Source: a virus
Lineage: Duplodnaviria; Caudoviricetes
IMG/VR virus record: IMGVR_UViG_3300020044_006524
Span: 1 to 37,390 of that record
Length of the DNA stretch: 37,390 nucleotides
Direction: 5' to 3' (one strand)
A model generated the notes under the pieces. That model was not told the origin of the DNA and made no database searches. It was given only the letters and a program-made list of their open reading frames with translations. Each line of letters starts with the position of its first letter. Positions within the stretch are counted from its first letter, which is position 1. The position numbers were made by a program, and so were the translations under genes. This document shows, in pieces, positions 15,755-25,756 of this stretch.

Positions 15755-16185
15755 GCGAGTCTAAGCCGTGGAATCAACAGCGCGACGGGAAACAGCGGGC
15801 GGTATTTCTTGCTCCGCATCGTTGCGTTCACCTCGTTGGTGAAGTCGTAAAAGTTATATGGCTTTTGCAGCAACCCTTGCGCGTAACTCCGCACGTTTTC
15901 CGTGAGCCTTGAAGGATGTCCAGTCACAACCATAATCGGGGCCGATGCCGCGAACGAGGCGATGATTGGCAGGCTCGCGAGCGTTGTTTCAGGAGTCGAG
16001 TCTTGGAGCTTCAAATCAAGCGTTATCAAGTCGAAACACTCGCCGCGTTCCTTTGCCTCCGTGAGCGTCTGAATCGCCGCTTTCAGCGTTGACCGCTCAA
16101 CAATAGAATCAAAGCCGAGTCGCCGCAAATTATACAGTATAATGTCCCGCTCGTCCTCGTTGTCCTCAATGATCAACGCCCTCAT
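15751..16185 (-). CDS. single-domain response regulator (CheY-like receiver)
   Basis: ALIIEDN, FDLITLDLKLQD (phospho-Asp), IMVVTG, LLQKPY. Confidence 0.9.
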   Translation of the reverse strand: MRALIIEDNEDERDIILYNLRRLGFDSIVERSTLKAAIQTLTEAKERGECFDLITLDLKLQDSTPETTLASLPIIASFAASAPIMVVTGHPSRLTENVRSYAQGLLQKPYNFYDFTNEVNATMRSKKYRPLFPVALLIPRLRLA

Positions 16186-16436
16186 TTTGAGATTTCCTTT
16201 TGCTCCGTTGCCAGAATGAAATCAGCAAGTTCCTGCATCTTCGGCTCGCTGTTTTTGCTCAAAAGCATTCCCAAAAGTATCCGGTTGAAGTGTCGCAATT
16301 CTTCACGCATCGCCTTTTGCTCTTCAATGTTTTTCCGGAGATACCACGTGAAAATAAACCCACCGCCGCCGATTAGGACATACCCGATGCCGCCCAATTT
16401 GTGCAGCCATTCAAAAAGTTGAAGCGATGGGTCCAT
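16182..16436 (-). CDS. single-pass membrane protein (holin/antiholin/spanin-like)
   Basis: One TM segment followed by a coiled coil; first gene of the lysis cassette. Confidence 0.6.
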   Translation of the reverse strand: MDPSLQLFEWLHKLGGIGYVLIGGGGFIFTWYLRKNIEEQKAMREELRHFNRILLGMLLSKNSEPKMQELADFILATEQKEISK

Positions 16437-16481
16437 AGTTACGTCAGTTTTTCAGCCTAAATAAAATCCGATAACCGGGAT

Positions 16482-17810
16482 CTACGGTGCGATTTTTCGG
16501 TAACGCATCGAGGATCCGGCTTTTGCTGTGACGGCAGAGGAGCCGACCTCGCTACCGAAACGCAGCGCGAATGTGCCACTCGCACTAACTTTCACGACAC
16601 CTTCGATTTTCGCGAGGCATTGGCCGATGCCTGCCGTCTGACTGCTTGCAGATGTGCCATCGTATGTGGACGCGAAGTCCAGGCGCGAAGTGGTTCCAGT
16701 AGTTGGCGTTTCGACCGAGTATGACAGTATGGTCGGTGATGCCGGTCCATTAACTGCCCATTTGGAGCCTGTCGTCGTCGCAGCGGTCTCGTAAACGACC
16801 CATGCCTCGAACACGTAAGTTTCTCCGGATGTCACCGCGAATGTCAGGCCTGTGACATCAGCAAAAGAGGTCGTCGAGTTCGCCGTGTCCGATGCGAGAA
16901 CCAAGTATGTATCCCCGGAGCCTCCGCTCGGTGTGGCGGCCGCCCACGAGGATCCGTTCCATGTTGGGACTTGTCCCGTGGTCGCGCTGCTTTGTGCTAT
17001 CGAGGAAAGCGCGATATTCGTCAGCGTGTTGCTGCTTCCGCTGATTGTTTTATTCGTCAGCGTTTGCGTCGTTATTTCTCCAACAAAAGTTCCATCGCTG
17101 TTCGGAAAATCCCATGAATGCGGCGAGGTTTGTGACGCTCCTGTTGAGATAGCGACATAATTTCCAAGTGTGTCCCCCTGCCATATCACAAACAATCCAG
17201 CGATTGCGTCCGATCCAGCCTCGATTCCGTTCAGCCCGTGAATATCATCGTTGAAAGTCTGGACTCCAGTAAAAGTATTGGTTCCGCTCGTTCTTGCCAA
17301 GTCAGCGTCGCTCACAAGCGAATTGAGGTTCGCGAAAGTAGGCGTTCCAAGAAAGGTCAATGCGCCTGCCGCCGTTGACGTTGTAGCCGGTGCCGCGCCT
17401 GCGCCGCCGCCGATGACAAGCGCATTCGCCGCTAATGCTCCGGACGATGCCCATCCGCTAGAGCTAGAAAAATACGGAACTCCCCCGCTCGTTCCTGCAA
17501 CCGTGAATGCAAGTGTTCCAGATGCTGTGATTGGTGAACCTGCAACGCTGACGATTCCGCCCGTAAATGAGCCTCCTACGCTCGTAACAGTGCCGGTTCC
17601 GCTAGCCGTAATGTATTCCAATGCTGTTCCTCCGCCGTTCACCGCTAGAATCTGTCCCGAGGTTCCAAGCGAGGTCAGTCCTGTTCCGCCTTGTGCGACA
17701 GGAATCGTCGGAAGGGTCAAAGTAAGCGATGCAAGGTTGAGCGTTCCGCTTGTCGGCGTGCCCGTAAGCGTTCCTTGAATCAGCCCGTTTTTGATTGGAA
17801 ATTGTGCCAT
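16482..17810 (-). CDS. tail fiber / receptor-binding protein
   Basis: G/S/T-rich; PVAQGGTG, GTVTSV, TQTLTNKTI, GQVPTWNGSSW fiber motifs; beta-rich C-terminal domain. Confidence 0.8.
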   Translation of the reverse strand: MAQFPIKNGLIQGTLTGTPTSGTLNLASLTLTLPTIPVAQGGTGLTSLGTSGQILAVNGGGTALEYITASGTGTVTSVGGSFTGGIVSVAGSPITASGTLAFTVAGTSGGVPYFSSSSGWASSGALAANALVIGGGAGAAPATTSTAAGALTFLGTPTFANLNSLVSDADLARTSGTNTFTGVQTFNDDIHGLNGIEAGSDAIAGLFVIWQGDTLGNYVAISTGASQTSPHSWDFPNSDGTFVGEITTQTLTNKTISGSSNTLTNIALSSIAQSSATTGQVPTWNGSSWAAATPSGGSGDTYLVLASDTANSTTSFADVTGLTFAVTSGETYVFEAWVVYETAATTTGSKWAVNGPASPTILSYSVETPTTGTTSRLDFASTYDGTSASSQTAGIGQCLAKIEGVVKVSASGTFALRFGSEVGSSAVTAKAGSSMRYRKIAP

Positions 17811-17813
17811 AGA

Positions 17814-19382
17814 TTAAATTGCGGCGAGGTATTCCACGGAGTAGTCCGTTGTTGCATCTCCGGAGAGCCAAACACGAAAGCCGCTAGTTGTCGCGTCCTC
17901 AACCCCGGCGATGGCTATCTTATACGGTGCCGCTCCGCTGCCGTTGTATTTGACGTAAAGCTCGATGATTGAATACGCCGCTGAACCCATTGCGCTTGAA
18001 AATGCAACGTCAACGTAATCCTGTGCCGCGCAAGTCTGTGAGCCTGTTCTCTCCTCGCCAAAAGTAGGCACGGGGCTGATTGAGCCTGCGTCGATTAGTT
18101 CGCGTTTCAGTGTGATTGTCTCTCCGAAAATCGTGCGAGTCTCGCCAGCCGTCCGCGTGCGTCGAATTTGGAAGTCATAGCTCAACTCGTCTTCCGTTGT
18201 TCCCCAAAAAGCTTTTGCGAGCGCAACCGTGTTGAGATTTAGCGTCCCCGTGTTTCCTTTTGGGTAAACGAGATTTGTGTCGTCAATCGTGAAAGCGGGT
18301 TGCGATGCCGTGTAGATGCTGCCAGTTGAACCGCTTCCGCTTGTCGTTACAGGAACGGAGAACGTGGTTGCCGAAAGGACCGTTACAACGCGATTGCCGT
18401 CAATTGTAGGCGTGCTGTTGCTGCCGCTAATCGTCACCGTGTTTCCAGTCAAGTAGCCGTGCGCTGCCGTTGTCGTAACCACTGCCGCCGCTGCAACGCT
18501 GATAGCGTTAATCGTCCGCGCCAAGGTTGCGCTGCCTAGCGTCCCGAGGAAGGTTATCACGTAGCTTCCATCGGAAAAAGTGACGCTGATATTGTCCGGT
18601 TCTACAGCGTCTTGAAAGAAAATCTCTGGATGCAACGCCAGCGCAAGGCCGAGGTCAACTTCTGACATTGTAGGCGACAGGTTGACGGTGCTAGTGACGC
18701 CATTCACCACAATTGAAACCGATGCAAAGCCGTCGTAAGCGTCGCCAAACGAGAACGAATAAACCGCGTTCACCGTTAGCGTCGGGGAAGTCAATAGCGT
18801 TGCGCTCGCTGCCGTCTCTACGTAGGCCGTCGTTAGCGTTGCTGTCGCAACTGGCGTTTGCCTGATGTCAATAATCTGTTGCGCGTAGGTTGAACCGCTG
18901 CCCGCCCTGATTTGCGTTACCTCAATTTGACAAGCCGGAATCAGTGAATCGGAATTGCCAGTCAAAGCAGGAACAGCCCCAACTGTTGACCAATCAACTT
19001 GATATACTCCTTCCGTCAAAAGCGTAACCGTGCAAGCTCCGTATCCATCGGTGACACTGCGAGCGGATAGCGCGGTCTGTAGCGTTGCTGCGCTAACGTT
19101 ATAGGTTTGCGCTGCAATTGCGCCCGTAAGCGTCAACGTAAACGTTCCGCCCGTAGGCCGCGCATCGGGGTTGCCAATGCTCAGATAATAAGCATCGCTC
19201 GCTTCGTAATCATCTACCCACGGCAGCGTTGCGTTATCCGTTGCAATTACGGGACGAATCCAAAGTTTGATCTCCGCGTCCTGATTGAAATACTCGCCCG
19301 CGTCCGTTGTCCCGCCCGTCGTGAAATCAGAAAGCAGCCCTTGCTGATTAGGTGAGTTTACGTCAATGATTAACGAGCGCAT
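17814..19382 (-). CDS. tail tip / baseplate-associated structural protein
   Basis: 522 aa, T/S/A-rich, TGGTFTLT and TTAAHGY.TG.TVTISG modules; position. Confidence 0.7.
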   Translation of the reverse strand: MRSLIIDVNSPNQQGLLSDFTTGGTTDAGEYFNQDAEIKLWIRPVIATDNATLPWVDDYEASDAYYLSIGNPDARPTGGTFTLTLTGAIAAQTYNVSAATLQTALSARSVTDGYGACTVTLLTEGVYQVDWSTVGAVPALTGNSDSLIPACQIEVTQIRAGSGSTYAQQIIDIRQTPVATATLTTAYVETAASATLLTSPTLTVNAVYSFSFGDAYDGFASVSIVVNGVTSTVNLSPTMSEVDLGLALALHPEIFFQDAVEPDNISVTFSDGSYVITFLGTLGSATLARTINAISVAAAAVVTTTAAHGYLTGNTVTISGSNSTPTIDGNRVVTVLSATTFSVPVTTSGSGSTGSIYTASQPAFTIDDTNLVYPKGNTGTLNLNTVALAKAFWGTTEDELSYDFQIRRTRTAGETRTIFGETITLKRELIDAGSISPVPTFGEERTGSQTCAAQDYVDVAFSSAMGSAAYSIIELYVKYNGSGAAPYKIAIAGVEDATTSGFRVWLSGDATTDYSVEYLAAI

Positions 19383-19388
19383 TGTCTG

Positions 19389-19417
19389 TGTTTATTAGGT
19401 GTCAGCTTGTTTGTCAA
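19389..19417 (-). promoter_or_regulatory. putative leaderless promoter
   Basis: TTGACA-17bp-TAAACA, 6 nt before the ATG at 19382. Confidence 0.5.
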
Positions 19418-20278
19418 TTAGAGAAGCGCGCCTGTTACGGTATCTCTTAGCTGAACTCCGGTTGACTCGTCCCAAATAGGGAATTGCCCGTCAATATCAT
19501 ATGGCCACCACTTAGTAGGTTCAATCGTAACCGCGAAGCTAGTCAACGCTTCGCCTCCGTTGTCGATGTCTCTGTATGCGTATCCAGTGAAAGGATATCC
19601 GTCGATTGAGAAATCTCCCGTGCAATCTATAACCTCTGTAGAACCTAGCAGACGGTCGAAAGTCTCTAGCGAACTCGAAAAGATTTCCGTTGGCGATATG
19701 TCATAGAAAACAGGAATCACAACGGCGATAAGCGGCATGACGAACGATGCCGGATTCTCAAAGTCTGATATGGCGTAATACGATGCGCCGTCATACTGAG
19801 GGTAAGGCAGTTGCCCTCCGCGCATCATGTGCCTAAACGTGCAACCTAGTTGAATATCCCCTCCCGCAAACTCTGCCGTTTGGTTTCCTGATTCCGTTCC
19901 TGATATATACTTGTAATGTGTAATCGGATTGCCAAATTCCATCTGGTTTCCGTTCTGGTCCATGAACGCCGTTCGTTCTTTAACAGCCAAGTAAACCGAC
20001 TCCGTCTCAGCTTTCACGATGAATGAGCAATCAGTCATTGTGTTTGTTGCGCTTGAAGCCGTAACCGTAACTGTCCATTCGCGAACTCTCCACCACCACT
20101 CAATACATTTTGAAATTGGTATTTTGAGAGGGTTTAGCGTGAAATCAGCCGGAACAAGCGGAGTGCTTTGATACGTTCCGCCAAACGGAAGCCCCATGAA
20201 GAAAGGCTCAGTTGCAGGAGCGGGAGCATTTGTCCCGATTCCGTAAGGGCTAGTTGGAACAAAATACGGGAGCCTCAT
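19418..20278 (-). CDS. minor tail protein (putative)
   Basis: 286 aa in the tail operon. Confidence 0.6.
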   Translation of the reverse strand: MRLPYFVPTSPYGIGTNAPAPATEPFFMGLPFGGTYQSTPLVPADFTLNPLKIPISKCIEWWWRVREWTVTVTASSATNTMTDCSFIVKAETESVYLAVKERTAFMDQNGNQMEFGNPITHYKYISGTESGNQTAEFAGGDIQLGCTFRHMMRGGQLPYPQYDGASYYAISDFENPASFVMPLIAVVIPVFYDISPTEIFSSSLETFDRLLGSTEVIDCTGDFSIDGYPFTGYAYRDIDNGGEALTSFAVTIEPTKWWPYDIDGQFPIWDESTGVQLRDTVTGALL

Positions 20279-20523
20279 TGCAACACGCGGATTGGAATCA
20301 ACGCCAAACGGATTTCTCCATTCATGGCAATGTAAGCCTGCTTTCCGTCCTGCATTCCGGTTAGGTCAAAAACAATCTTCTCTTTCGAGTAAATCACCTT
20401 GCCGCCGCCTTTGATTTCCATAGGCGTATTGATTACGTCAACAATCTTTCCAAGGTATTTACGGTCTAATGCGCCGCCCTTGAATGCGTCTTCTGCCGGT
20501 TGTGGAATCTTTTCTTGCGCCAT
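20275..20523 (-). CDS. small tail-associated protein
   Basis: Likely start MAQEKIPQ at 20523; position. Confidence 0.55.
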   Translation of the reverse strand: MAQEKIPQPAEDAFKGGALDRKYLGKIVDVINTPMEIKGGGKVIYSKEKIVFDLTGMQDGKQAYIAMNGEIRLALIPIRVLQ

Positions 20524-20524
20524 A

Positions 20525-21142
20525 TTATGAAACGCGGACAAATCCGGTGAACTTTACGTAGATTGTGCGGCGAAAGTAAATTCCGCCTTTATAGATTCCT
20601 ACTTCTGAATCTTCGGCTGGATAGTATCTTCCAATCTGCAAATTGCCCCAATCGCCAAATTGCACAACGCTGCCGAAAAGCACAGCAACCCGAGGCGCAA
20701 TTAGAGGTTCCGGAAGTCCAAGAAAATATTCATATTTTGCAATCCCCGCCGTGGTTCCGGTTATCTCCGTGACTGACGGCTCAGGAGGTGGAGTTGTCCA
20801 ATCGTAGCTAACGGACGTGCTCAGGAATTGCACCGTGTTCGCAATTGTTGTTCCCTCTTTTCGAGACTGCGGAACTGACGCGAACACTCGCTTAAATTCA
20901 AGTATTCCAAGGCCGATGTTTGACGCTTCTGATTCCTCGACAAGATACGCAAAACCTTCCCGCGTTTTAATCCGCGTCATCGGTCGCATGGCTTTGTATT
21001 TCGGTTCGGAAACTCGATACGTGCGGTGAACCTCGAAAGAGCGTTGATCTCCAACTGCGGAGAAAGGGCGCTGCCATTCGTCACATCCTACTTGCTGTTC
21101 TACGTTATAGTTCCCGTCGTTAATGTATGATGGAACACTCAT
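20525..21142 (-). CDS. distal tail / hub-like protein (putative)
   Basis: Beta-rich 205 aa directly after the tape measure gene. Confidence 0.55.
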   Translation of the reverse strand: MSVPSYINDGNYNVEQQVGCDEWQRPFSAVGDQRSFEVHRTYRVSEPKYKAMRPMTRIKTREGFAYLVEESEASNIGLGILEFKRVFASVPQSRKEGTTIANTVQFLSTSVSYDWTTPPPEPSVTEITGTTAGIAKYEYFLGLPEPLIAPRVAVLFGSVVQFGDWGNLQIGRYYPAEDSEVGIYKGGIYFRRTIYVKFTGFVRVS

Positions 21143-22776
21143 GCGTTTTTGAGGACTTTCACGTTTAAGGTTTCAACGGTCATCACGTTTCCGGCTGCTC
21201 CTCCGATTGCTGCCGCTGCTGCTGCCGGTGCCTGCGGTTGCATCATTGGACGCGGCGGTTGCAGTGCGTTTTGCGGAACTCCTCCCGCTCTTTCACGCGC
21301 AAGAATTGAACGCGCAGCGGAATCACGCCTGCGCTTCTCGCGTTTCTCTTCGCGCTTTTGCTGTGGAGATTTCAACTTCTCGTCAATTTTCAATTCAAGG
21401 TCCGTGATTCCTTGCTGAATGCGAAGCTGCTTCACTAGCTCTTCGTTTCCGTCTTTCTTCGCTTTTGCAATTTTCTCCTCGGTCTCCAATTGAGATTTTA
21501 GAAGCTTTGCCTGCAATGAAGTTCCGCGTGCCTGCGCGTGCATGATTTGCGTTTCGCGAATAGCATCGGCAAGGCTTTCCTTGTTTGCCTTGTTTTTCTC
21601 AATTCGCTTATTCCGCGCTTCAACCTCCTCATCGTTCATTTCGCGCAGCATTTTAGCAGCGTCGTCTTGAAGTTTCTTTTGTTCGTCCGCTGCTTTCTCG
21701 TCGCGCTGTTCTTGCGCCTTGCGAAAGTCATTGTTGATATCGTCTATCTCCTGCTGATTCCGCTTCTTTTGCTCAAAGTATTTGTCGTCAGCTTCGGCTG
21801 CTTTCTTTTCTTCAGCTTCTTGGAACTTGTAGAAATCTTCTTTCTGTTTCCGGTCGTGTTCGTTCTGCGCTTTCTCTTTTTCGTTGAACTTTTCGCGGTC
21901 AATCTGAATCTCTTTTTGCTTCGCAAGCTCGCGCTCCAAATCCTTTTGCCGCACCTTTGATTCGTTGCTTCCTTTTCCTGCGTCGATAGCTTCAAGCTTC
22001 AACTTTAAATCAAGCTGCCGCTGCAATTTGTCCGCCGTGTCATTCTCTCCATTTGCGCGAAGCTTTGCAATCTGAACGGACTGCGCTGCCGCAACTTTGA
22101 ACCGCTCCATGAGTGCGGCATTTGCTTGGATTAAGTCTCCAATTTCTTTCTCTGTTATTGCAATCTTTTGAAGCTGCGTGTCCGTGTATCCAAGCGTGAC
22201 AAGTGCTTTCGAGTCTTCCCAAAGTCCGCGCCAAAAACCGGACAATGATTCGATTTCCGTTTCAAGTTTTCCAACGGCATCTGCGCTTTTTTCAAAGCCT
22301 TTAACAACCGCATTCAACGAACCATTCGCGGCGATTCCAGAAAGCTCATTCTCGATATCGTTCGCGCCTTTGATTATGTTCGCGAAACTCTTTTCCGATT
22401 CAACTCCGGCTGAAACTAACGAAGCTCCAATCGCTGCCGCTGCACCGACGAGTGCGCCTTTCATTCCGCCAAAAACAGAGGCAACTTGCGAACCTTGTTG
22501 CGCGAAGATTTGCAGCGCATTCGTTCCCATCTGCGCCTGCACCGCAACGTCCTGAAGTTGCATCGCAACTTGTCCGGCTTGATACGCTGTTTTACTTGAT
22601 TCTTTCTGAACAGCTTTGCCCGCACTTACCTGCGCTTTCTGCGCGTCCTTTGTTGCTTTCTCTAGCTGCCGCGTTGATTCAGTTGTTGAGTCAATAGACG
22701 CAACAGCCTTTCCCATGTCGGCACGGAACTCTGTTATATCAATTCCGATTTCAGCTAAAACGTCAGCCTTTGCCAT
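21139..22776 (-). CDS. tail tape measure protein
   Basis: QLQDVAVQAQMGTNALQIFAQQGSQ (lambda-type TMP N-terminal motif), long helical body. Confidence 0.9.
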   Translation of the reverse strand: MAKADVLAEIGIDITEFRADMGKAVASIDSTTESTRQLEKATKDAQKAQVSAGKAVQKESSKTAYQAGQVAMQLQDVAVQAQMGTNALQIFAQQGSQVASVFGGMKGALVGAAAAIGASLVSAGVESEKSFANIIKGANDIENELSGIAANGSLNAVVKGFEKSADAVGKLETEIESLSGFWRGLWEDSKALVTLGYTDTQLQKIAITEKEIGDLIQANAALMERFKVAAAQSVQIAKLRANGENDTADKLQRQLDLKLKLEAIDAGKGSNESKVRQKDLERELAKQKEIQIDREKFNEKEKAQNEHDRKQKEDFYKFQEAEEKKAAEADDKYFEQKKRNQQEIDDINNDFRKAQEQRDEKAADEQKKLQDDAAKMLREMNDEEVEARNKRIEKNKANKESLADAIRETQIMHAQARGTSLQAKLLKSQLETEEKIAKAKKDGNEELVKQLRIQQGITDLELKIDEKLKSPQQKREEKREKRRRDSAARSILARERAGGVPQNALQPPRPMMQPQAPAAAAAAIGGAAGNVMTVETLNVKVLKNA

Positions 22777-23395
22777 TTGATTTTTTGCCTTTCTTTTTAC
22801 GTTTCGGCTTCTCTGTCTCTGCCTTTTGTGCCGCGTTTAACGCCTCTGCATAACGCACATTCACGGCATCGCTTCGCTTGTTAATCATCGGCTTACCTTG
22901 GCTCATTTCGAGTGCGCCGATAAGCTGGAAAATAACACCAAGCGGAGTATCTAAGACTTCGCGCCAAGGCATCCGGTAAGGCTCGCCAGCAAGCGCAAAT
23001 GCGTATGATGCACACGGAGAAATACAAGGTCGTTGATTGCCTGCGCTCATCGCGTTTAGGTATGCCCGCTCTAAATACTCGTCAATTTCCTCGCGTGCTT
23101 TTTGAACATCAATTCCAAGAATGGACGGAATGAATTTGTCCCGCTCTGCTTTGTTTGGAGTGAACTGTTTCGAGACAATCCAAAGGAACTGTGCAACCTC
23201 AATCGGGCCAGCTTTACCGCCAACAATGAAAGGCGATTTTGCAAGCCTTAGCCACTCGACACGGCGAGGAGTTAGAGGAACACATTCGATGCCGCAAATC
23301 GTTTCTGGTAACTCCAGAAAGACGTGTGCGCGGTCTTCTAGCTCGCTTGCTAAAGCGGCGTCATACTCAGCCCGTGGGTATGCGGGAATTGCCAC
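22763..23395 (-). CDS. tail assembly chaperone (putative)
   Basis: Between tail tube and TMP; WREVLDTPL segment. Confidence 0.6.
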   Translation of the reverse strand: MAIPAYPRAEYDAALASELEDRAHVFLELPETICGIECVPLTPRRVEWLRLAKSPFIVGGKAGPIEVAQFLWIVSKQFTPNKAERDKFIPSILGIDVQKAREEIDEYLERAYLNAMSAGNQRPCISPCASYAFALAGEPYRMPWREVLDTPLGVIFQLIGALEMSQGKPMINKRSDAVNVRYAEALNAAQKAETEKPKRKKKGKKSNGKG

Positions 23396-23397
23396 AT

Positions 23398-23781
23398 TTA
23401 CACCGTCGTTACGGTTCCCATCTTCTTGACACCCGTGATATTGAGAACGCGAATATCTCCGGCTTCTCGCGTCTCTGTGTGGTTTACAGGGTCAAGAACC
23501 CAATCTTCCGCGCCATAGTTAGAATCAACCGTTAGCGTCATCGTTTGCCCAAACTTCGGATAAGCCGTAGAACTCGCCGCAAGCTGCAATTCGCAACTGA
23601 TTGTCGCAAGCGTTTCAGTAGCCCTACGCCGTGCAGGGATTCCGGTTGCGTTCGTATCAATCACTTCATCCTTTCCGCGTGTAATCTGGATGTTATTCGC
23701 GATGTAGGAAACGCTGTTAATGGTTACGGTTTGGCTTCCGTAAGCCATTGTTCCGTCTAAGACGATATTCGGGACGCTCAT
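23398..23781 (-). CDS. major tail tube protein (putative)
   Basis: 127 aa, T-rich beta protein; synteny. Confidence 0.6.
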   Translation of the reverse strand: MSVPNIVLDGTMAYGSQTVTINSVSYIANNIQITRGKDEVIDTNATGIPARRRATETLATISCELQLAASSTAYPKFGQTMTLTVDSNYGAEDWVLDPVNHTETREAGDIRVLNITGVKKMGTVTTV

Positions 23782-23790
23782 TGTGTGGTA

Positions 23791-24267
23791 TTAGGTTAAA
23801 GATTGAGGCCACGCTGTAGGCGCGACGTTGAACAATAGGTAGTAACTTAACGTTGTGAAGTCAATATCATTCTCGTCAACGAATGTGTCTATTGTTCCTG
23901 TGCCGCGTATGTCGTCAATTAGCGTAACTGGCGATTGCCAATTCTGCACGATGTAACGCATGACTAGGCGACTGCGAACACTGCCGATTAAGCGCGGATG
24001 GTTGAGCGTTCCTTCGTTGCCTGTGCGGTTTGTGGCAATCGTGATTTCAAGCGATGCCTCGAAAGCATCGTGTTCCGTTGTAACGCCTCCGTAGCTTGCC
24101 TTGTGATGCTGTAATGCGGGGCCAAGTATCGCCTTGATTTCAACACGCGGAGAAACCAAATCTTCCGCCTCGCGTGATTTGTAAATGTGCGGACAGGTGC
24201 CGCGCAGAAGCGATGCAAATCCGGTTTCTAACCACTGCTCAAATTGATATAGTTCCTCGACGTTCAT
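23791..24267 (-). CDS. tail terminator (putative)
   Basis: 158 aa; synteny upstream of the tube gene. Confidence 0.5.
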   Translation of the reverse strand: MNVEELYQFEQWLETGFASLLRGTCPHIYKSREAEDLVSPRVEIKAILGPALQHHKASYGGVTTEHDAFEASLEITIATNRTGNEGTLNHPRLIGSVRSRLVMRYIVQNWQSPVTLIDDIRGTGTIDTFVDENDIDFTTLSYYLLFNVAPTAWPQSLT

Positions 24268-24986
24268 TTTGTTCCTTTCGCAATGCGGTTAAGCCTGCGC
24301 CGCATCGCTCGCTGATATGCTCCTTCGTGCTTTGCTTGCGCCTGCGCCAAAATACGTTTGCCGGAAAAGTCTTTGTAGCGGCTAGGCTGTTCAAGGAACG
24401 GGTTGCTGATTACAATCGCGAGAACGTTCTTACCGCCTCGCACTTGCCCGTAAGCCTTTGGAGGCGCAATAGCGGGCTTTCTGCGCGTTCTAGCGTTGCG
24501 TGTGGACTGCGCGACGTTGATGTTGACTCCTAGCGAATCAGCGGCTTCAAGCCACGAACGGCGATACAAGAAACGAGCTTGCGCCCGATGCTTGATGAAG
24601 CTGGTTTGCGTTGTCTGCTTTCGTCTTACGTGTTCCGCAAGTAAGCTCTGGTAAGCGTTCCAAGCTTCATTGGAAAGTTTCCACTCGCTCGCGTTCATCC
24701 ATTTTCCGCGAAAGTATAGCCAATGCTGCCGACCGTTAATCCGCAAGCTAGGGTCAACCAATTCGTGAGAAGTCGGGATGTAATTCACGTAGTAGTTATA
24801 TTGCTTTAACTGAGCCTGCCGAATGAGCGAATAATCACGCGCTGGCGTATCACGTGCCGCCGTTGTGAGCGTCTTTCGCATGAACTCAAAAAGCTCCGGT
24901 CTTAGGTCATTCGCATCCATGCTAAGGTAGCGTCCAATTTTCTTTTTGAACACGCTCGCATCGAATCGAAAGCCTGTTTTCGCCAT
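24264..24986 (-). CDS. basic neck / tail completion protein (putative)
   Basis: R/K-rich 240 aa at the HK97 gp10-like position. Confidence 0.5.
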   Translation of the reverse strand: MAKTGFRFDASVFKKKIGRYLSMDANDLRPELFEFMRKTLTTAARDTPARDYSLIRQAQLKQYNYYVNYIPTSHELVDPSLRINGRQHWLYFRGKWMNASEWKLSNEAWNAYQSLLAEHVRRKQTTQTSFIKHRAQARFLYRRSWLEAADSLGVNINVAQSTRNARTRRKPAIAPPKAYGQVRGGKNVLAIVISNPFLEQPSRYKDFSGKRILAQAQAKHEGAYQRAMRRRLNRIAKGTK

Positions 24987-25300
24987 TACTTTTTTAGGTT
25001 AGCAGTGAACCAAACAATCGGCTCCACAGCGTCAATCTTTAGCTTGTAGATTTCAAACTCGAAAAGCTCATACGTGAAGACGCTACGGTTAGTCATCCCG
25101 CTTGCAAGCCAATCGGTTTTTCGCATCGTGAAAGAGCATCCTTGTTCCGGTTGCCATCCGGCCCGCTCCATCATCTTTTGAATGTCCACTCCGTCAGCAA
25201 CGCACGCATAGCTAGTGCCGCCATAGTCAAGCGTTGAGCCATACATCCCAGCGTCAGCCATTGCGTTAAACGCTGCTAGCCTTTCGGTCGCGTAGCTCAT
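24986..25300 (-). CDS. head closure protein (putative)
   Basis: 104 aa beta protein ending NLKK; synteny. Confidence 0.5.
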   Translation of the reverse strand: MSYATERLAAFNAMADAGMYGSTLDYGGTSYACVADGVDIQKMMERAGWQPEQGCSFTMRKTDWLASGMTNRSVFTYELFEFEIYKLKIDAVEPIVWFTANLKK

Positions 25301-25719
25301 TACGCAATCACTCCGCCGACGTTAGGATTAAGGTTCATCGTTGTCGTCGTCAGCATATTGCCAATAACGATTTTTGTGCATCCTGCAATCAAGTCGGATT
25401 CCGTCTTTGTAATTCCGCCCGCTGTCGGTGAAAGCCAAATCGTGTCGCCAGCTAGAACGGTTGCTCCAATCGTAAAGCCTGCGCTGTCATTCGTGCAATA
25501 GCTGACAGGTTGTCCCGAAGATGCAGCGTTGAGAGCGATGCCCGCGAAGGTGTTTGCCGGTGCCGTTCCGTTTGCGTCAGCAAGTTTGATTTTGTTGCTG
25601 TCGCTCGTATCAATATACACAGCTTGACCGGCTGTAATTGATGCGCCTGCAACGCCAACGGAGACGCTGCCGGTTGAGGATTTGAGAACTGAACTTGCTG
25701 TAATAGAAATGGCGGCCAT
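25300..25719 (-). CDS. virion structural protein (decoration/cement-like)
   Basis: AGASITAGQAVYID..IKLADA..GIALNAA pattern. Confidence 0.65.
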   Translation of the reverse strand: MAAISITASSVLKSSTGSVSVGVAGASITAGQAVYIDTSDSNKIKLADANGTAPANTFAGIALNAASSGQPVSYCTNDSAGFTIGATVLAGDTIWLSPTAGGITKTESDLIAGCTKIVIGNMLTTTTMNLNPNVGGVIA

Positions 25720-25756
25720 ATTGCTTGTAGATTAGTTGGTTAGGTTTCTTGATTGA

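Noticed and set aside
16482-20278. Diversity-generating retroelement acting on tail fibers
   Set aside because: No reverse transcriptase and no template/variable repeat pair seen.
22763-23395. Programmed G/GT frameshift of the tail chaperone
   Set aside because: A single ORF fills the space between the tube and tape measure genes; no second frame is needed.
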